Part shown: positions 25,008 through 37,221 of the stretch, in pieces
Position numbering within the stretch: position 1 is the stretch's first letter
How the letters are laid out: each line of letters starts with the position of its first letter
NCBI GenBank assembly: GCA_002269645.1
Contig: NIVC01001982.1
Span: forward strand, 152,295-216,294
Direction of reading: 5' to 3'
Length of the DNA stretch: 64,000 nucleotides
From: Macrostomum lignano
Taxonomy: Eukaryota
Translations under genes and position numbers: made by a program
Notes under the pieces: model-generated
What the model was told of the DNA's origin: nothing
Databases searched by the model: none
What the model saw: the letters and a program-made list of their open reading frames with translations, nothing else

Positions 25008-25199
25008 CCCTTCACACCTAGATTTATCAATACCGGGACCAATAATTTATAGTACGTTGTAAATGTATCTATAATTATTACTGAAATATTATATTACACA
25101 GTATTATAGTAAACAATAAATTTAATAGAAATGTAAGTGTATTATTTTTATTTACAAGCTTGTGTATAAAAAAACTTTTGTTTGTTCCTTTATGTAGTT

Positions 25200-27000
25200 G
25201 CTCACGGCACATGCGTATCGATTGGCAGCAGCGGCATGTGTAGTGGGCTTCAGGGATGTGGGCCATCCTCAGTGGAGCTCCAGCTGCTGACTGCGGTTTC
25301 ATAACGATCGGCACAACTGCATCGGGCTGGTCACGGGCTCTTCCCTGATTGTTGGGTTCTCCAATAGGTAGTCGCGCTAGCCTGTCGCTGCAGTTGACGG
25401 GCATCTGCCTTACCGCCTTCGGCCGTCAGCAGCTTCTCAACGCTCTCAAAGAAGCAGTTGCCCAGGTGAGCAACGTCTCCCAAATTAGCAGTCTATAGGC
25501 TTGCAGAGAATGACTTAAGGACGGCGATGGCATCCACCTGCTTGTCTGCCAGCTTTTTTCGACGTATCCGCAGCTTGTCCTGGCGAACGACCTTCCGTGC
25601 TCGGGATGCCTGCAACTGATTCCTTCGTCGTTGGTTTCGGTTTCGAAAATAAAGTAGGTTGATTTGCTGGTTAGGTTTGAGTGTGGGATCTCCTGGACGA
25701 CTGGCTTCCGTCGTCAAATCAGTTTTGAAGCCTTGCGTCGGTGTCCGACTGCCAGCATGTCTCTGACCGCGGCACTGCAGGCGTCCCACACGGATGAGAA
25801 CGGTGAGAAGTGTTCTGTTGAATTACGAGTATTTAAAAGCGTGAGTATTGTGCATCTAACTCATATAAATCTTGAAAGCTATAAAACTTATGACAAAATA
25901 GCAGACTTAAAGGGAGAATAGAAGGCACGGGAAAAGATGAAGAGCAAATGATGAGACGAGAGATGAGAGGATAAGATCAGATCATGCAGAGGATGAGATG
26001 AGAGAGCAGTGGATGCAGAGGGTGAGATGAGAGACCAGAGGATGATAGGGTACGGTGGACATGTGAGTTGGGTGATATGCAAAGAGAGGGATGCAGAGAA
26101 GGTAAGAAGACATTGATCGGAATGCATATAATTGCTCAATTACTCATAATTAGCTATCTCGGCTTATAGGCCTACCTTTTGACTGGACTGAATCCGTCTC
26201 CATCCTCTCTCAGTCGGTCATGGGCTGAGTGTCACAGAGTCATCCATCATGCCCGGAGCTCTCGGACTGCTGGAAGTCGGATGAGTCGGGCTCACCTGTG
26301 GTGCGACAGAGGAGAGGGAGACACGTTCCTGTCAGCAATTCGAGCAGATCCTTCCACGGACGGTCGGAAGCTGTCACAGGACCTGTCTTGAGCTGCTGCA
26401 GCTTCTCAAAGCCCAGGACCCGCTTGAAGCAATGCTCGACGGAGCAGCTCATTGTTTGGCAGACCCGATTAGATCGCTCCTGCCCCTGTCGGTGGCTGTT
26501 AGTCTCAGCACAGCCAGAATCGTCGGCTGCTGTTCCGGCTGAAGCTGGCACAGGAGCTTCGGGGAAGTACGTCAGCTTGTCGAAGGCCAGCGCGTCCGGG
26601 TTTCAGGGATAGATGCCGGTCTTACTGAATCCTGACTGGATGTTCTCCGCCGTTGATCTCTACTGTGTGCGACATCACGGAAAGAGACGCACGAACTGCA
26701 GCCTGCTGACTGTCTCGCTGACAGCCGCATGACGTGGTCGCTCGGCCAGGAGATCACGCCAACCACCCTTCACTGATCGAAACACAGCCAAGTCTAGCGG
26801 CTGCATGACGTGGGTGGCATTGGGCACCAGGCCGTACAGCACGATCCGCTCTTCCCTCAGCAGCTCGAGAACTTCAATGGACAACCGGGACTCATGCAGG
26901 TCCGTGAAAAGAACAACCGACCGACGGATTTTCTCCTGTAGCAAAAAGGGAATGAAGGTTTTTCAATGAATTCTTGCAAAACGACTGCCATCATCCAGCC
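25200..27000 (-). mobile_element. Degenerate pogo/Fot1-type (DDE_1) transposase, 5'-truncated, with GA-rich insertion at ~25860-26180
   Basis: GWMMAVVLQEFIEK...VLFTDLHESR...LVPNATHVMQPLDLAVFRSVKGGW...NIQSGFSKTGIYP. Confidence 0.8.
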
Positions 27001-27017
27001 TGATGGAGACACTGAAT

Positions 27018-27308
27018 AGCGGAAGGAGCAGGGGGAGAGCGGAAGGAGCAGGGGGAGAGCGGAAGGAGCAGGGGGAGAGCGGAAGGAGCAGGGGGAGAGC
27101 GGAAGGAGCAGGGGGAGAGCGGAAGGAGCAGGGGGAGAGCGGAAGGAGCAGGGGGAGAGCGGAAGGAGCAGGGGGAGAGCGGAAGGAGCAGGGGGAGAGC
27201 GGAAGGAGCAGGGGAGAGCGGAAGGAGCAGGGGGAGAGCGGAAGGAGCAGGGGGAGAGCGGAAGGAGCAGGGGGAGAGCGGAAGGAGCAGGGGGAGAGCG
27301 GAAGGAGA
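27018..27308. repeat. Tandem repeat, 20-bp unit GGAAGGAGCAGGGGGAGAGC, about 14 copies
   Basis: Direct inspection. Confidence 0.95.
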
Positions 27309-27527
27309 ATGGAAGGAGTGCGGAAGAAATGGGCAGAAAGAAGAAGAAAGAACTCTTTTTTCTTATTTCTTTCTTTCTTTTTTCTAAGAAAGAAAACTTA
27401 ACATTTTGTTAAAAGTATAACTATATGCAGTTTTATATTTAAGGATTCATAAAAAATTTTTTATCGAAACAACAAAAGTTAAAATTGCCAAATAAAATTG
27501 ATTATGATTCTATTTTTTATGCAATTA

Positions 27528-27821
<294 letters not shown>

Positions 27822-28370
27822 CTATATATGAATAAATCTAACAATGGATGCATTAATGAATGAGGAAACAAAAGAATAAGAGGACAGCTATCCAAACATT
27901 CCGAGAACCAGAGAACAGAATAGAACCTGGCAAAGCATTGATGGCAGCAACTGAGCAAACTCTGTAGGTGGATGAATCGGATGTTTTTGCCTCTTCTGTT
28001 GTGCTACAGGCCGGATCACTACCCTGACTATCACAGTGAACGAGCCGAAGATGGCGTCAGTCAACTGGCCGGACTGACTTCGGACTCTGAGCGGGGGATC
28101 GCGTCAGGAGACTTAATCAGCCCGTCCCTATTGCACAGATTAATTCCCACCAGTCCCTCAAATAAGAAAGACACGCGACTGATCACTCTGTTTCTTCCGG
28201 TAACAGCGGTGGCGGCAGCAGGGGTGGCTTCTCTCAATGTTCTCTCTTCAGTCTATAGAATAGACAGGTATCTGGATTGCAGTATTAGACTTATAGCTGT
28301 GACTTGCACAATTAAACCAAGGAAAGAGATGCCTCTCCTACTGCCGCTCCTGCATTTATTTATATTTGTA

Positions 28371-28406
28371 CTAGCTGGTTAAGCCCTGGGGTATCGCTAC
28401 CCCAGG
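28371..28406 (-). mobile_element. Helitron-like 3' terminus
   Basis: 9-bp-stem hairpin CCTGGGGTA-GCGA-TACCCCAGG, 10 nt, then CTAG followed by T on the minus strand. Confidence 0.5.
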
Positions 28407-29041
28407 CCCAGCTAGCCAAAATTACGATCGTCTTATCCAACAAGGAAAAAGTTACAAGTCGGGGTCGCGATTGGAGGGGAGAGGCAACAAACCGATTGGC
28501 TGGACCACCAGCAAATTGCAGGGCGAGAGGGGGCGCACTGGGGCCGCAGCCAGCCAAAGCCAGCTGGCCTAACAGGCAGTGGGGCGATTGCAACTGGAGG
28601 GGGGTTGACGCAGACAGAATGGGGGATTTGACGCAAACAGAATGGCAAACAGGGTTGGCGCAGGCACGCGGCCGGGGGGGGCTGGAGTGCAGTGCCGGGC
28701 ACACTTGACCGAGAGCCAGAGATTGCGAGCTCATCGGTGCAAGTGCACCCGGGCACAACACTTCTTTTCGACCATTTTGACTCCCAGAAGCCAATGCAGT
28801 CTACAGGTCCCCAGATTCACAACTTTGCCATTGGCAATGTTAATTAGAGCAGTTAGACAATGCAGCTAATTAGCTAACCAGTGTTGACACTCCACATTGT
28901 CCGAAGGAAAGCGATATACAGGTATTGGCATTGCAATTGCTTTTTGGATTAGACTCAATTCATGATGGGTTGATGGTCATTTCGTCAGCTGCCAGTTTGT
29001 CTGCCATTCTTTTGTCTGCAAAAATACAATGTTGTCATTTT

Positions 29042-31665
29042 TCAGTTCGGCGACAAGCCAATTCAGCGACAACCGATTCGGCGACAAGTCAGTTCGGCGA
29101 CAGCCAATTGGGCGAATGCTAAAGGCTAAAGCATTAAGCTACTACAACTCGTTGAATTTTAAATATCTATGCGTATACACTGCCATTCGCCCCTGTCATT
29201 CAATATAGAAAAATTGTTTTAATAATGCCATATCGCACGTTTTCAAAAATGTGTGCGTATGCTTGGGGATACGCATGGCCATGTATACCAGTTACCCACC
29301 TGACCCAAAATACTGGGCCTAAATACTTTGATGGTTATGATGAGGACGCACTTTTTCCCAAATCCCGCGCTAGCACATGGGCTCTAAACTTACTTGCCTA
29401 CTAACAGTGGGCAATGGGCACTTTTATCCTTTTTCTGCGAATTTTCATAGAATCTATACTAGATATAATGTCTGGCCATACTAGTAGTCATAATAACATA
29501 GGCGCAGCTTTTTGGGTCATAAATCATCGCTTTCAAAGTTGGTCTGACAGCCACCTGCGCCTCACTCAGTGTTGAAGCGGGCGCCAGATGGTCTGAGAGG
29601 ATGCGGGCGGTAGCTTTTTTCTCATCATTTTGACAGGCCATCAAGATTTATGAGGTCAGCGCCTATTGTTCGTGTTCACTCAAGCGTGTGACAGCTTTGA
29701 CAGCTATGCGTTTTACCCCTAAAAGTACTTTGGGATTAGCGATTAGCGATTTCTCTTCATTATCTTCACTTTCTATTTAATAAGAGCTTTCTAATGTATA
29801 TTTTTTTCATTAATTTCCGTCAATCCTACGCGAAAAGTCATAAATCATTTTGTTGCGATTTTGAGTGATTTATGGCCGCACCTGTCATCTTTTTACGACC
29901 CTGTGGGAACTGATAGGATCTCTCGGTCACGTGATTCTGGGTAGCAACAAGCTTAGCCAATCAGAAAATTCGGCGCTCATTTTAACAAAACGGCTCAGCC
30001 AATCAGAATCGACGTGTTTCATTATAACAAACTGCGGTCCAGTTGGCGGCTATTTAAACCGGAGTTTTTGGCCCGCTCGGACTCAACTTTGGCTCGGGCC
30101 CAGCGCGCAACTTCTGGTTCCCGGAGCACGACCGTCGTTTCTTGATCCCCGGATTGCGACTTCCCCCCCATCATCATCAAGGACGAGTCCCCCGGTCATC
30201 AGCAGCGAACATCAAGTTAAGAGCATCACCTGCTAGCTAACAGCGAAGATTGTGACAGCATCATCCCGAGTCTACAGCTGCAGAGCATCGAGCCGATTCG
30301 GTCACTGTGGATTACCTGGTCTCCGGCTGTTGAGTTTCTGATTGGTTGGGTGAGAGGCTACCTAGACTTGCTTGATTGGGTGATCCCTTTTCTGTCCCCT
30401 GTTGCAGTAGCTGAATTAGGCGCACACTTTTGCTCATTTTGTTCAGTAGTGCTGTTGCTGAGGCAGGAATCATTCAATAATACTGCTAGTAGTCTAAGAC
30501 TCCAACAATCTGAAGTGTGAAGTGAACTAAGGAGAAGGATAAATCTAACAGTTATTTTTATCGGTTTTATTTCTTTGTTCGCCGATGGCTCAGATGAGTA
30601 GCTAAGCTAGTAGGCGCCGGTCACAGTGGACCAATGGCAAGGCAGTTCTCAGTCGATCAATCTATCAAATCAGTTAGCGAAACTGCCAGGAGTGCAGAAT
30701 CGGCGCCAGAGATGTACCCTGTGCACTCTAGGTTAGCCAAGCGGCTCCGGTAAATGAATCATGCGGTCTCTGAAGTTCGAGTTAGTCTATCATCAGCGCT
30801 ATGAGAGGCTAGTTGGCGCGTTGAAGGCCAAAAGTACATATCCTCGTATTTAGCAATGTAATAGTACATGTAGCTACCCCATAGACTCGCCACCGCAAGA
30901 ATCCCCTGCACAAGTCCCCTCTGTACCTGCATGGCCAATGCGATCTAGTCCCAGCAGTGTCCCTTATCATCGGCTATGACTTCGAGATTGACAGCAAAAA
31001 GACACTAGTTGGCAGGTAAGTGCAAAGCCCCTTCTAGTCGGAAGCCCGATTTCGAGAGTCCCGGGTGGTGAGCCAGGGCGCACGGGCTGGTGGCAGCAAG
31101 TTAGTTGATCTGCGGATTAGCTAATTTCTACTTTCAAAATTCTCCCTGCTCGTCTCTCGCTGTCCCTCTCTTAGCTATAGGACCTAGACTGCTCGCCACA
31201 CGATCAAGCTACCATGGGGCTGACCATCTGACAGGAGTGGGGGGCCAGCTAGGTCTCTAATTGATTTATTTCTGAGCCTGAGGCCCGAAGGCTTCCCTAA
31301 CAAGGAGCCCGAAGGTCGAAACCCATCAGTTATTTAGGATTATTATTATATTTTAGATTTACTACACACGTACCATTAGGGTTAATATGATAATTCTTAC
31401 GGTGTTAGAATTAGGTCACGTAGGTGTATCAATGCTTCGCGGCATTTGTCGAGAAAAAAATCGCCACTAAATTGCTAACGATCGCCAAAGATTCACTGGC
31501 GGCTTTCTGCTGGGAGGGACGTTGTTATTACTTGTTGCTTCTATCTCAACATTTGTTTTACTGAAATACGTTTGACATTTAAAACAGGCAAAAAGCGTGT
31601 GCACTTAACCTCGTCGGTCGAACTCAACTTTGTCGACGAATTGACTGTCGCCGAGTCTACCTGAA
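29042..31665. mobile_element. Possible DNA transposon bounded by inverted clusters of TTCGGCGACA-type boxes
   Basis: 4-5 boxes at 29042-29117; inverted related boxes (GAATTGACTGTCGCCGAG) at ~31615-31665; ends not identical. Confidence 0.35.
29926..30058 (+). promoter_or_regulatory. Pol II promoter-like cassette: E-box, two CCAAT boxes, TATA-like box
   Basis: GTCACGTGA 29926, AGCCAATCAG 29955 and 29997, TATTTAAA 30051. Confidence 0.5.
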
Positions 31666-33689
31666 TAAACTGGTTCCCATTTTGTCTGCCACAAAGACTA
31701 AGTACGATGCCAGCAGTAGGCCTTTATATAATATTGATATATTATATAATTTGCTTTACAAAGTTCTATGTAGCTTTACTTTTAATTTAAAAAAAAGTAA
31801 TTTTATAATAAAATTTTATTTTGTATTATTATTTATATTATTGTTTGGCAGGCTGAAAAATGAAAAATTAGATGTCACTAGATGTCAATGAAAATTTTCA
31901 TTGACATATAGGGATTCTAGGCCCTAGCTGCTGGCAGACAAAAAGGTGACAAAACAAACTAAATGATTGCAAACTGAATCATAGTGTGTTAATCAGCCAA
32001 AACCATGTACTTTCTCATCATGGCTGGAAGATGCTCTTGCTAACTAAGCTCTTTATATTAACAAATACACATACATTGAATTTGAAATCAGCTAGCCCCC
32101 ATATTTTTTACTCACTAAAGCCAAGTTTTCAGTCAATTTTGTGCTAGTGTATACTTTTGTTAACTACTTTTACTATTATTTGTGCCTGATAAAATGCTTA
32201 TAATTACCTTTACAATTCATACATATAAAATAGCCAATTAATAACCATGTTAAATTCGCGTGCAAACTAGAAACTAATTTTAGCCTTTGTTTTACTATGC
32301 AAAATACTATGCGAAATATTATTGGTAATTATTTTTTTGTTATAAATGTAGCCATCTAGACAGAATATATATGAGCCAATTTTTGCCCAAATAAACCCAA
32401 CTTGCTAAACTTGCTAACTTGCTGCTTGCTTTTAGTTCATTTGTTCTATATTCTTCGATAAACTTTGAAACCTTATTGAGTTAGTCATTTTAAGGAAAGA
32501 GGGAGTTACAGTGCTTAGAAAATTGCTAAGAGAAGGGATTCCGAGATATACAAAGGAAATTCAAAGAGTTGCGCTATGACCCTCTAATCCTGGTGAACAC
32601 CCAACTAGGACAATCTAATAAGTTCATGTACCAGTACTAGACCACTTAGGCAATACATAAGACGCTACCAGACTAGCCTAATACATAAGATGCTAACAGA
32701 CTAATATATAAGACGCTACTAGACTAAAACATAAAACACTATCAGACTAATACATAAAACGCTACTAGTATATTCAAATGAAATTCTAAGAAACAGTTAA
32801 AGAGTAAAAAAAGAAGTGCAATTAGGATAAACTTTAGTTAGCAAACAGGAGCAACACCTGTACAACTTGGTGGCATTTAGTGGGATTAAAATTGATAAAG
32901 TAGGAGGTAAAAGCCCTGTTATAATTTCTTTTTGTTTTTGTGGTAAATTTTAAAATTTAGGCTATATTGTACAAGTATATGACTCCTTAGCAATAGCCAA
33001 TAAGTGCATGATTGTTCATTTATGATGCCAATACCCAATATAAAAAAATCAAAATAAATTAAATTGCAGTCATTAGGCCCTTAGCTAGGCCAAACTACTT
33101 TTATATTTAATGCTAGGCCTAGGCCCCCTAATAGCCTTTTAACTAGGCCTAAGCCAAAGTTATTTTATATTCTAATCCAATGCAAAGTGGCTAGCACCAA
33201 AGTGTTTTGTATTCAAAATTCAATTTTGTATTCAAAGTGTTTTGTATAAAAAGATGCAGTTTGCACTATTCAATGCAAAACATTCAGAACTTTAGGTCTC
33301 TAAGGTTAAGTTGTATTATTTAAAAAACTTCCATTTTGTTAGTGCAAGAAAAATACTTTACAACCCTTTAGGCCATGTAAACATGTAAACATGGAAACAT
33401 AACCTAAAGGGTTAAAAATTTAATTTTTAATTAAATTAAAAATGAAATGGTTACCCTTAGGTGATAATTAAGCAAAAGAGAGTAAAATTAACTTATCTAC
33501 AGAGCAGAAAATTGCTATGGCAAGCTGTATAAAAATAGCACTTTGTATGACTATAAAACAAAAGCAAAGTCTATTACAAGTATACATCAGAGCTATAGCT
33601 CATTTCTCAGATAGTTTTGACTTTAAAATGTTTGTGCCTCATCCTCGCAGCAATGCATGGCATTCTCTCGCTGAGTCTGAGCAGATGTC

Positions 33690-33965
33690 ATTGTGGTAGG
33701 TCACTTCTAAGGAACAGTTTCAATGAAATAAGATGGCATGTTTGGAAAGATACTTGGTATGGCATCAGAAGTCAACCAGCTAATGATTTTTTAGCTTCTC
33801 TGCTTGTCCATCTGTATATGAAAATGTGGAGTGCTTATGGATAGAGTTGGAGTCCTGAGAGTTTGTTACAAAGAACCTTTCCAAAAAATGCAGCAAGTAG
33901 ATACAGTAGTTGTGCTTTGGATCACAGCGCAACTTCTCTATCTCTGTTGCTATCCACTTTTGGGG
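33690..33965 (-). pseudogene. Degenerate THAP domain (P-element-like transposase N-terminus)
   Basis: KWIATEI...PKHNYCIYLLHFLE...LTSDAIPSIFPNMPSY with stops and frameshift resembles THAP W...C..HF...DAVPTIF. Confidence 0.5.
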
Positions 33966-36707
33966 AATTGCAGAGATCTATTTTCCAGAAGCTCTGGCTA
34001 TGTATATATTCTTTTTCCAGTTAGAAAGCTATGAAATATAAGAGGTATTACAAAACTTCGCATATAAACTGCTCTAGCAAGAAATCAATAAGCAGCAGCA
34101 TCATTTCATTCTATACTATTCCCCTAAACTCGTATAGCAGAGTGGGGTGGGGTGGGTGAGTGTCCCTTCCTGGGGAGTGCAGCAACCATACATACGCAAC
34201 AGTCGGCCAATCCAGCCGACTGATTTGGCGGCCAACCGCCGCAGTTGCAAAAATGCCCACCCAAAAGAATACTAAAGTAGTAGTACTAAGTAGCTGACAA
34301 GGCATTTTGAATTAATAAGACAGTCATAGTTATTCCTGCCATTTACTCAAAATTGGGTTAATTTTGCATTAGGGTTTTTTTACATGTAAGTCGCATTTTT
34401 GGCCAAAAACTATGTTGCATTTTTGTTAAAACTAAGTCACATGGCCAACCGAATTTTGGAGGTTGCGCATGTATGGCAGCAACCATAGAGGCTTCCCTAC
34501 CTAGATATTTGCTTTTTATTTAGGGTTCAAATCAAATACTAGAAATATGCAATGAATAGGCCTATTCCAACTTTGTGTCATATTTCTCTAATATTTTCAT
34601 TGCTTAAAACAAAGGTAGTATTCATTAAAAATATTGTTTGATAGGGCTTATTGCTCTCGACTTTGGCTTGGGTTCATGGATATAAAAAGTAGGCCTAATT
34701 ATGACTATAGCTGAGCAGATAAAATTAAAGTTAATGTTACAGGGTTGATTTGCTTTCTGTTAAATTCCACCACTGTCACCAAAATGTTACAGGCTTCTTA
34801 GCACTCTATTGAAAATCACACTGCTACTACCAAATTGTTGTAGGGGATTCTGGGAGAATGTTCAATTCCAACTACTAAAAGGAGTAATCCTGAGGTTGCT
34901 CAGTCCAAGGGAAGGCTTTGCAATGGATTGGAGTTGCCTGGGAAATGGAACACACTAATGGGGAATTTCTTGTGACTAATAAGGAATGCTAGCATAGAGG
35001 TAATACTTAGTAATAAGTAGACAAAATGTTTAATAGATCATTAGATAAGAAGGCAGTATGCCTAATAGATATGGGAGATTTCTATAGGGAAGGGTAGGGA
35101 TGCTTGGGGGCAAAGACCAGACAGTATATCTGTAAAGAAGGTTAATGCTATAGACCTATGCAGACAGAATGTTTACAAAAGGAGGGAGGGAAGGAAAGGC
35201 AGGCGCCTGTTCTGCTAAAAAAGAGGGATAAGCAGTTGCTCGGGTTGGACTACATGTCCTTGGGAGGAATGGGAAAGGGAAATGTTGTATGCTTCTAACT
35301 GTACAAAGCTTTGTGGGAGAGGGAAGGCAAGATGCCTTTAAAATGACTAAGGCCAATTCAAATCTATTTTTCGAACAATGTTCACTTAAAACTGCAAAAG
35401 AGGTATGCCAAGACTGAAGTCTAAATCTGGCAGGCAGAGGTGGAGTATGAGTTCTCCTTCATCTATTTTATTCACTTATATAGGATAAAGAATAAAAATG
35501 ACATATGTATTAAAACAAGTATTATTAGTATCAGACTTTATACAGCTATTAAAGATATTATTTATTACTAAAAACAGTACTAAAACATATTTAATAGGCA
35601 CAAAAGAATTCTTTGACTTTCATGGATAGGAAAATATTTGTAATAATTAAGGTGGAGTATATTTGTAAAGCAATTATAAGGCATATGCAGAACTAAACAA
35701 GAATGAACAATAGTAAACATAGGATTTTGGTATAAACTAATGGTTTAAGACTATAAAAATTACTACTCTCTCATTAATATTATAAAGTTAGGGCCTAAGT
35801 AGCAAGATTGATATTTGAAAATGTTTTATTTTGTTAATCTCCTAATACTTAATCTCTTATTTTGATCAAGTAAGAAATCCTCAAGACAACTATCTTGAAT
35901 AGTTGTTTCTATTACACTTATCATATTTTAATAAAAAAACTATTAATTTGTAGCTTAAAGCATTCAATATTAGGTCTAGCTTCTAATAGAATCCTATTCA
36001 AAAATAGAATTAATCTAAAAAACCAAAACTTAGTAGCATAACTTAATAGGAGGCTAAGCAGCTCAATGGTAAAAGTATCCAACTTATACTAGGATAGGCC
36101 TATACTATAATCTTTAGCTCAAAAATAAAGGCAACTGCATTATAGACAAAGTTTTCTAAGTCACGAGGTTATTATATAATTGTTCATACCTATAAGTATT
36201 AAAGGCAAATCTAGACATATAGCAATTTATATAGCTGGCAATTAGAATGTGTATGCATTATAATATCCATGTGATTTGTCTATACCACTTTTACTGTTAA
36301 CTCACAACCATTTTTTATTTCTATTAATTAATATTTATCATTATTATATAAATCTTTAGCATGAAATAAAAGCATATTTTTATTGTTAAAGTATATGAAA
36401 ATCTTATTGATAATTTTTTTCAGCAAAAAATTCTTAAACTAGCCATAAAAAACAATGTCAGAATTTAAAGATAATAAAAGTGAGCATGGCCTACTAGATA
36501 ATGTTCTAAGCAGGTCAAAGCAATTGGAGGTAAGCATTGTCTGTTAGGTCAGTTTGTCACTTGATATTTTGGCTCACTCAGTATTCAATATTGATTCTTT
36601 TATTGATCCCTAGTAGAATCTACAGTGGCCATACTTTATCTTTCTCGCGATTCCCTATTGTCTTAGCAGATTCTACAATCTCATTTAGTGATTCTCTTAT
36701 CTCTTAA

Positions 36708-36972
36708 GGAGTGTAGCCCAGTGGTTAGAGCATTTTAGACTCACAACTTAAAGGTTGGGGGTTCGATTCTTGACTCACTTGGAACAATTTGTGTTCTTGA
36801 GCAAGACACTTAACTCTACATTACTTCAGTTCACCCAGCTGTAAAATGGGTGCCAGCATTAGCTGGGGTAATTGAGGGTGTTTGTGGCCTGTGGCGACCC
36901 ACCAGTCCTTGGACTGAACAGCTGTATGCAGCCTTCAGATGCATTGAGGAATAGGGCATTAGGGCAGGTGTA
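36708..36972 (+). mobile_element. tRNA-derived SINE
   Basis: A box GTAGCCCAGTGGTT, B box GGTTCGATTC, body TTGAGCAAGACACTTAAC...; second copy at 50612-50863. Confidence 0.85.
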
Positions 36973-37221
36973 ATAAATTATAATTTATTATCTAACTGTA
37001 GATTCTCTAATCTCACCTGTGGATTCTCTTATCTACCTGTAGATTCTCTTATCTCACATGTGATTCTCTTATCTACCTGTAGATTCTTTAATCTCACCCT
37101 GGATTCTCTTCTCCCTAGAAATCATCTATTCTCATCTATGAATTCTCTTATCTCAGCCTAGATTCTTCTGTATTATTCTCTAAACTAAGAGTGACTCTAA
37201 ATTACGACCTCACGCCTTCAG

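Noticed and set aside
27003-27401. 132-aa repetitive ORF
   Set aside because: Translation of the 20-bp tandem array.
29220-29644. hAT dimerisation domain remnant
   Set aside because: No ERxFS-type motif in any frame I read.
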